This document shows, piece after piece, positions 58,580 through 64,000 of a stretch of 64,000 nucleotides of DNA. Numbering within the stretch: the first letter of the stretch is position 1; the number at the start of each line of letters is the position of its first letter. Below the pieces are notes generated by a model. The model made no database searches. It saw only the letters and a program-made list of their open reading frames with translations, and was not told the origin of the DNA. The translations under genes were made by a program, and so were the position numbers. Source of the stretch: Gammaproteobacteria bacterium (GTDB lineage: Bacteria > Pseudomonadota > Gammaproteobacteria > GCA-002705445 > GCA-002716945); the NCBI GenBank assembly GCA_045561295.1, contig JBJKYD010000010.1, forward strand, positions 92,125 to 156,124, given 5' to 3'.

Positions 58580-59349
58580 ACTTCTTTATTATCTTTTGAA
58601 TTAATTTCTTTTTTTTCTTCATTATCTGTGATTCGCTCTTCACCAACAGGTACATTGTCAGACTGGGTGGCAGCTTCCGCAATAACTTTCTCTGAATAAA
58701 TTTCCTTAGGAATATATTTCTTTTGTGTAGGTTTAATTATGACAACGCTTCCTTTATGACCTGGAATGGATCCTTTTACTAACATGATATTTTCTTCTGG
58801 CATGATTTTAACAATTATTAGATTTTGAATAGTTCTTTGTACATTACCTAATTGACCAGGCATTTTTTTACCTTTGAAAACACGACCGGGATCTTGACAC
58901 TGGCCAGTGGAGCCTATTGCTCTATGCGAAATAGAGTTACCATGTGTAGCATCCTGCATTGTAAAATGATGCCTTTTGACGCCACCTTGAAAACCTTTGC
59001 CCAATGATTTTCCTGCTATATCTACATGTTCACCTGCTTTGAAATGATTCACATTTATATCTGTTCCCACTGACATATCTTCGGCCAAATCCTTTACTCT
59101 GAATTCATGTTGTCCTTTGGCTGGTTTGATATTTGATTTTTTATAGTGCCCTATGAGAGCTTTACTGAGCCTGCTCTCTTTTTGACTTCCGTATGCAACT
59201 TGAATTGCTGAATAACCATCGCGTTCTTTCGTCTTGATCTGGGAAATTCGATTTGAGTCAATATTGATGACTGTAACAGGTATTGATACACCAGAGTCAT
59301 CAAATACTCTAGTCATACCCGTTTTTATACCTATTAGGCCTATGCTCAT
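58576..59349 (-). CDS. rplC: 50S ribosomal protein L3 with a C-terminal extension
   Basis: GMTRVF, DGYSAIQ, GKGFQG and PGRVFKGKKMPG. Confidence 0.98.
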   Translation of the reverse strand: MSIGLIGIKTGMTRVFDDSGVSIPVTVINIDSNRISQIKTKERDGYSAIQVAYGSQKESRLSKALIGHYKKSNIKPAKGQHEFRVKDLAEDMSVGTDINVNHFKAGEHVDIAGKSLGKGFQGGVKRHHFTMQDATHGNSISHRAIGSTGQCQDPGRVFKGKKMPGQLGNVQRTIQNLIIVKIMPEENIMLVKGSIPGHKGSVVIIKPTQKKYIPKEIYSEKVIAEAATQSDNVPVGEERITDNEEKKEINSKDNKEV

Positions 59350-59404
59350 TTTCTTGTCCTCAAAATGAAAAAGTTAGTTAGTTCTGTACTTTTTAAGGTG
59401 CTGA

Positions 59405-59413
59405 ATCTTAACA
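59405..59413 (-). promoter_or_regulatory. Putative extended -10 promoter between rpsJ and rplC
   Basis: Minus strand TGtTAAGAT within a 110-bp gap; SD GAGGA before rplC. Confidence 0.5.
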
Positions 59414-59459
59414 TAAAATTCAGGATTGTTACACTTTTTTAGGGATTTTTTGGCTTAAA

Positions 59460-59789
59460 TTAACTTAATTCTATTTGAACATCCACACCGGCAGCGAGGT
59501 CCAGTTTCATAAGCGCATCTACAGTCTTATCTGTAGGTTCTATAATGTCCATCAACCTTTTATGTGTTCGTATTTCATACTGGTCTCTAGCATCTTTATC
59601 CACATGAGGTGAAACCAAAACTGTATATCTCTCTATCTTGGTTGGTAGAGGTATAGGACCGATAACTCTTGCGCCTGTTCTTTTAGCTGTCTCTAATATT
59701 TCTTTTGATGATGCGTCAATAAGCTTATGATCAAATGTCTTAAGACGTATTCTAATATTTTGAGTGTTTTTTTTCTTCTTAGTAACCAT
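59460..59789 (-). CDS. rpsJ: 30S ribosomal protein S10
   Basis: [17 protein letters not shown] and [19 protein letters not shown]. Confidence 0.98.
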   Translation of the reverse strand: MVTKKKKNTQNIRIRLKTFDHKLIDASSKEILETAKRTGARVIGPIPLPTKIERYTVLVSPHVDKDARDQYEIRTHKRLMDIIEPTDKTVDALMKLDLAAGVDVQIELS

Positions 59790-59791
59790 AT

Positions 59792-61891
59792 TTACGATGC
59801 CTTCTGAATAAGCTCCTCCGCGATATTACTTGGTATTTCAGCATATTTCTCAAATTCCATAGTATATGTAGCTCGTCCTTGTGTCATAGATCTTAAATCT
59901 GTTGCATAACCAAACATTTCTGATAATGGTACCTCGGCTTTAATAATATTACCTACGACCGTTTCTTCCATACCCTGTATAATTCCTCTTCTTCTATTAA
60001 GATCTCCAGTCACATCGCCCAAGTAATCTCCTGGGGTAACAGCTTCAACTTTCATTACTGGTTCTAGTAGTACTGGCTTGGCCTTTTTTGCGCCTTCTTT
60101 AAATGCTTGCGAGCCAGCAACTTTGAATGCTACTTCACTAGAATCAACATCATGGAAAGAACCATCATAAAGCGTTACTTTAACGTCAACAACAGGATAA
60201 CCGCCAATTACACCATTTTCCATTTGTTCAATAACTCCTTTATCAACAGGCCCTATAAACTCTCTTGGAATAGCTCCGCCCACTATTTCATTTACAAACT
60301 CATATCCTTTTCCAGGTTCTTGTGGTTCAATTTTCAACCAAACATGTCCATATTGGCCTTTACCTCCACTTTGCTTTATATATTTTGCTTCTTGCTCAAC
60401 AGATGTTCTGATCGTTTCCCTGTAAGCTACCTGAGGTTTTCCAATTGTTGCCTCCACATTGAATTCCCTCTTCATTCTATCGACAATAATATCTAAGTGA
60501 AGTTCGCCCATACCAGATATGATAGTTTGATTAGATTCTTGATCTGTTGCTACTCTAAATGATGGGTCTTCTTGAGCTAGCTTACTAAGAGCTAGACCCA
60601 TTTTTTCTTGGTCATCTTTTGTTTTAGGCTCTACTGCAATAGATATTACAGGTTCAGGAAATTCCATTCTTTCAAGAGTAATGATTGAAGCTGGGTCACA
60701 CAATGTATCTCCTGTTGTAACTTGTTTAAGTCCAACAGCAGCTGCAATATCACCGGCTCTTACCTCTTTTATTTCATCCCGTGAATTAGAATGCATTTGA
60801 AGTATTCTTCCAATTCGCTCTTTCTTCTGTGTAACAGCGTTATAGACAGTGTCGCCAGATTTAAGAACACCAGAATATACTCGAAAGAAAGCAAGTGTTC
60901 CAACAAAAGGATCTGTTGCAATTTTAAATGCTAATGCAGAAAAAGGCTCATCATCAGATGATTCTCTTCTACCTTCTGTCTCATCTTTATCATCCAGTAT
61001 TCCTCTAATTGCAGGAACATCTAATGGAGATGGCATAAAATCAATAACTGCATCTAACATAGCTTGAACACCTTTGTTCTTAAAAGCTGTACCACATGTA
61101 ACTAAAACAATTTCATTTGATAGAGTTTGTAATCTTAAGCCCTGAACAATTTGTTCTCTGGTTAGCTCGCCAGTATTTAGATATGCATCCATTAATTCTT
61201 CATTTGCCTCTGCTGCTGTTTCAACAACTTGTTCACGAAGCTCATCAACTTTAGCTTTAAGATCATCCGGAATATCAACTTCTTCAAACTTCATTCCTCT
61301 GCTCTCTTCGTCCCAAATTATAGCCTTCATATCAATAAGGTTTACTACGCCCTTGAAATTATCCTCGGCACCTATAGGAACCTGTAAAGGAATTGGTTTA
61401 GAACCTAATCTTGTTTTAATTTGTTCTACAACCCTGAAGAAATCAGCTCCAGCTCTATCCATTTTGTTAACAAACGCCATTCTAGGTACGCTGTACTTGT
61501 TAGCTTGTCTCCATACTGTCTCAGATTGTGGCTCTACACCACCTACTGCACAGAAAACTGATACTGCGCCATCGAGTACTCTGAGTGATCTCTCGACTTC
61601 GATTGTAAAATCAACATGTCCGGGTGTATCGATAATATTTACTCTATGCTGATCATACTGATCTGTGCTACCACTCCAAAAACAAGTTGTAGCAGCAGAT
61701 GTAATAGTAATGCCTCTTTCTTGTTCTTGTTCCATCCAGTCCATAGTAGCTGCACCATCATGTACTTCTCCTATTTTATGAGATACACCTGTATAGTATA
61801 AAATTCGCTCAGTAGTTGTAGTTTTACCGGCATCAATGTGAGCCATAATGCCTATGTTTCTATAACGTGAAAGTTCTGTCTCTCTAGCCAT
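59792..61891 (-). CDS. fusA: Elongation factor G
   Basis: [32 protein letters not shown] and GMGELHL motifs. Confidence 0.99.
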   Translation of the reverse strand: MARETELSRYRNIGIMAHIDAGKTTTTERILYYTGVSHKIGEVHDGAATMDWMEQEQERGITITSAATTCFWSGSTDQYDQHRVNIIDTPGHVDFTIEVERSLRVLDGAVSVFCAVGGVEPQSETVWRQANKYSVPRMAFVNKMDRAGADFFRVVEQIKTRLGSKPIPLQVPIGAEDNFKGVVNLIDMKAIIWDEESRGMKFEEVDIPDDLKAKVDELREQVVETAAEANEELMDAYLNTGELTREQIVQGLRLQTLSNEIVLVTCGTAFKNKGVQAMLDAVIDFMPSPLDVPAIRGILDDKDETEGRRESSDDEPFSALAFKIATDPFVGTLAFFRVYSGVLKSGDTVYNAVTQKKERIGRILQMHSNSRDEIKEVRAGDIAAAVGLKQVTTGDTLCDPASIITLERMEFPEPVISIAVEPKTKDDQEKMGLALSKLAQEDPSFRVATDQESNQTIISGMGELHLDIIVDRMKREFNVEATIGKPQVAYRETIRTSVEQEAKYIKQSGGKGQYGHVWLKIEPQEPGKGYEFVNEIVGGAIPREFIGPVDKGVIEQMENGVIGGYPVVDVKVTLYDGSFHDVDSSEVAFKVAGSQAFKEGAKKAKPVLLEPVMKVEAVTPGDYLGDVTGDLNRRRGIIQGMEETVVGNIIKAEVPLSEMFGYATDLRSMTQGRATYTMEFEKYAEIPSNIAEELIQKAS

Positions 61892-61894
61892 AAA

Positions 61895-62365
61895 TTACCA
61901 CCTATAATGTGCAAATGCTTTGTTAGCTTCAGCCATTTTATGAGTATCTTCTCTCTTTTTAACTGCAGACCCTTTATTAGAAATGGCATCAGCTATTTCA
62001 GATGCTAGTTTTTCTTTCATCGATTTCTCATTTCTTTTACTGGCAGCTTCGATAATCCATTTCATGGCTAACGAGACTTTTCTTTTTGAATTAACTTCAA
62101 TCGGAACCTGATAATTAGATCCCCCTACTCTTCTTGATTTAACTTCAACACTTGGTCCTACATTCTGAAGTGCTTTTTCAAGGGCAGTTAGAGGCTCTTC
62201 TTTAGTTTTTTTTGAAGATATTGATAATGCGTTATAAACAATTTTTTCAGCAGTTCTTTTTTTACCATCCTGCATTATCATATTCGTTAAACGAGTAACA
62301 TTTGTACTCTTATAAATTGGGTCCGGTATTATTTTCTTTTTTGGTATATCTCTTTTTCTAGGCAT
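61895..62365 (-). CDS. rpsG: 30S ribosomal protein S7
   Basis: [15 protein letters not shown] and [13 protein letters not shown]. Confidence 0.98.
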   Translation of the reverse strand: MPRKRDIPKKKIIPDPIYKSTNVTRLTNMIMQDGKKRTAEKIVYNALSISSKKTKEEPLTALEKALQNVGPSVEVKSRRVGGSNYQVPIEVNSKRKVSLAMKWIIEAASKRNEKSMKEKLASEIADAISNKGSAVKKREDTHKMAEANKAFAHYRW

Positions 62366-62367
62366 TT

Positions 62368-62742
62368 TTAGCTCTTAGGTCTTTTGGTCCCATATTTGGA
62401 TCTACCTTGCTTTCTATTTTCTACACCTTGTGTATCTAAACTGCCTCTAACTATGTGGTATCTTACTCCTGGTAGGTCTTTTACTCGACCGCCACGAATA
62501 ACTACAACGGAATGTTCTTGTAGGTTGTGGCCCTCTCCACCTATGTATGACGTAACTTCTTGTCCATTAGTTAGTCTTACTCTGGCAACTTTTCTTAGAG
62601 CTGAATTAGGTTTCTTTGGAGTAGTTGTGTACACACGCGTGCATACTCCACGTCTCTGAGGACAAGCTTCCAAAGCAGGCACTGCAGATTTAACAATCTT
62701 TGTCTTTCTTGGTTTTCTAACTAATTGATTAATTGTTGCCAT
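62368..62742 (-). CDS. rpsL: 30S ribosomal protein S12
   Basis: [21 protein letters not shown] and [12 protein letters not shown]. Confidence 0.99.
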   Translation of the reverse strand: MATINQLVRKPRKTKIVKSAVPALEACPQRRGVCTRVYTTTPKKPNSALRKVARVRLTNGQEVTSYIGGEGHNLQEHSVVVIRGGRVKDLPGVRYHIVRGSLDTQGVENRKQGRSKYGTKRPKS

Positions 62743-62765
62743 TATTTCCTCTATGAGTAGGCGAA

Positions 62766-62794
62766 ATTCTATTAGTAGAGCCAGTTAGTGTCAA
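62766..62794 (-). promoter_or_regulatory. str-operon promoter
   Basis: TTGACA (62794-62789), 17 bp, TAGAAT (62771-62766); SD AGAGGA before rpsL. Confidence 0.85.
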
Positions 62795-62828
62795 GAAATG
62801 ATTAGTTATAAAAGCAAAAAACATATTA

Positions 62829-64000
62829 TTAGTCTTTAAATAGATCTTCAGCTGTTGTTTCTGAGGATTTTTCTGGAATTATGTTTATTTCACTAGCTAT
62901 TTCTTTTTCAAGCATTTCTTCAAAAGACTCATTATCGTCCTGTTGAGTATTTAAACCTGTCCCACATGGGAGAAGTCTTCCAACTACAACATTTTCTTTG
63001 AGACCTCTTAATCTATCTTTTCTTCCATTGACAGCCGCGTCAGTTAAAACACGAGTAGTTTCTTGGAATGAAGCAGCAGATATAAATGATTCTGTCACTA
63101 GAGATGCTTTTGTTATACCTAATAACATTGGTTTAAATGTTGGAAGAAGCGCATCAGGGTTTTTTGACTTGAGATTATCTATCAATTCTAAAAGTTGTGT
63201 TTTTTCCATTTGCTCACCAGTCATGAGAGTAGTCTCTCCAGCAGATGTTATTTCAACTTTTCTCAACATTTGTCTTAGAATAACCTCAATATGTTTATCA
63301 TTTATAGAGACGCCTTGAAGTCTATAAACGTCTTGTACTTCTTTAACTAAATGCTCTGCTAAATCTGTTACACCTCTATAAGCTAATATGTCGTGTGGAT
63401 CTAATTCACCGTCTGATATTATTTCACCTTGAGTAACGCTTGCTCCTTCAAATACATTCAGCAATTTTATTTTACTTAGCATTTGAACGTGTTCATTTCC
63501 ATCTACATCCGTAATTATCAACCTTCTTTTACCTTTAGTCTCTTTTCCAAATGAAACTACGCCTGTCTTTTCAGCAAGTTCGGCTTTTGCTTTAGGTTCT
63601 CTAGCTTCAAAAAGATCAGCAACCCTTGGTAGACCGCCAGTAATATCTCTTGTACCAGATGTTTCTCTTGGAGTCCGAGCAATAACATCGCCGACTCCCA
63701 CTTTTGTTCCAGCAGATACATTTACAGTTGAGTTTGAAGGGAGCAAGAAATGTGCAGGTAATTTAGAATTTGTAATCAACAAATCTTTCCCTTTCGCATC
63801 AACAAGCTTAACCATAGGTTTAAGGTTTTTGTCAAATGATACACTGCTTGTATCTTTCACCTTGATAGATGTGATACCTGTGAGATCGTCTACTATGTTC
63901 TCAATACTAATACCATCTTCAAAATCTTCAAATTCAATAATGCCCGCTGTTTCAGTGATAATAGGTGTTGAGTGAGGATCCCATGTAACAATATTTTGTC
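62829..64000 (-). CDS. rpoC: RNA polymerase beta' subunit, C-terminal part (start is outside the window)
   Basis: DITGGLPRVADLFEAR, INDKHIEVILRQM, SFISAASFQETTRVL and GLKENVVVGRL; the frame stays open to the window edge. Confidence 0.98.
   Translation of the reverse strand, partial: QNIVTWDPHSTPIITETAGIIEFEDFEDGISIENIVDDLTGITSIKVKDTSSVSFDKNLKPMVKLVDAKGKDLLITNSKLPAHFLLPSNSTVNVSAGTKVGVGDVIARTPRETSGTRDITGGLPRVADLFEAREPKAKAELAEKTGVVSFGKETKGKRRLIITDVDGNEHVQMLSKIKLLNVFEGASVTQGEIISDGELDPHDILAYRGVTDLAEHLVKEVQDVYRLQGVSINDKHIEVILRQMLRKVEITSAGETTLMTGEQMEKTQLLELIDNLKSKNPDALLPTFKPMLLGITKASLVTESFISAASFQETTRVLTDAAVNGRKDRLRGLKENVVVGRLLPCGTGLNTQQDDNESFEEMLEKEIASEINIIPEKSSETTAEDLFKD

Noticed and set aside
915-63318. 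Many 60-185 aa ORFs antisense to or nested in recognised genes (for example 1545-2003, 9218-9775, 10287-10763, 29354-29854, 60107-60496)
   Set aside because: They are shadows of well-conserved genes, with no recognisable motifs or start signals.
1-64000. tRNA, rRNA, CRISPR array, IS element, integrase or prophage
   Set aside because: The largest intergenic gaps are about 200 bp and show no cloverleaf, repeat-spacer periodicity or terminal inverted repeats; no ORF resembles a mobility or phage protein.

Overview
AT-rich (about one-third GC by eye), very gene-dense window from a streamlined Gammaproteobacterium in the broad sense (gamma/beta-type core genes; a marine oligotroph is inferred). 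From left to right: the 5' end of nrdA with tandem NrdR boxes and a DnaA box; mgtE; a 12.6-kb phosphate-starvation island (phoR-pstS-aqpS-pstC-pstA-pstB-phoU-phoB-ppk1-ppx-arsC plus a porin) with four Pho-box sites; an orphan methyltransferase-fold gene coupled to an Ala/Gly symporter, nadC and nhaA; holA-proA-nadD-rsfS-yhdP-nit-tldD-pmbA; a block with an Irr-like regulator and an ICE-box-controlled rubrerythrin/Fe-S oxidoreductase/DUF3501 operon; ssb-miaB-phoH-ybeY-corC-lnt-leuS-lptE; uvrA; the alpha, spc, S10 and str ribosomal protein operons (no tuf); and the 3' end of rpoC. No rRNA, tRNA, CRISPR array or transposase was seen. The best leads are: (1) arsenate-detoxification genes built into the Pho operon with no ArsR; (2) a Pho box on the start codon of the divergent orphan gene; (3) a perfect ICE box plus a Fur-like box in one intergenic region; (4) repeated leaderless-type promoters. 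Single-base indels in the essential genes rplB and rpsS show that the assembly probably contains errors, so all frameshifts need read-level checking. All calls come from motif recognition by eye; no database search was run.
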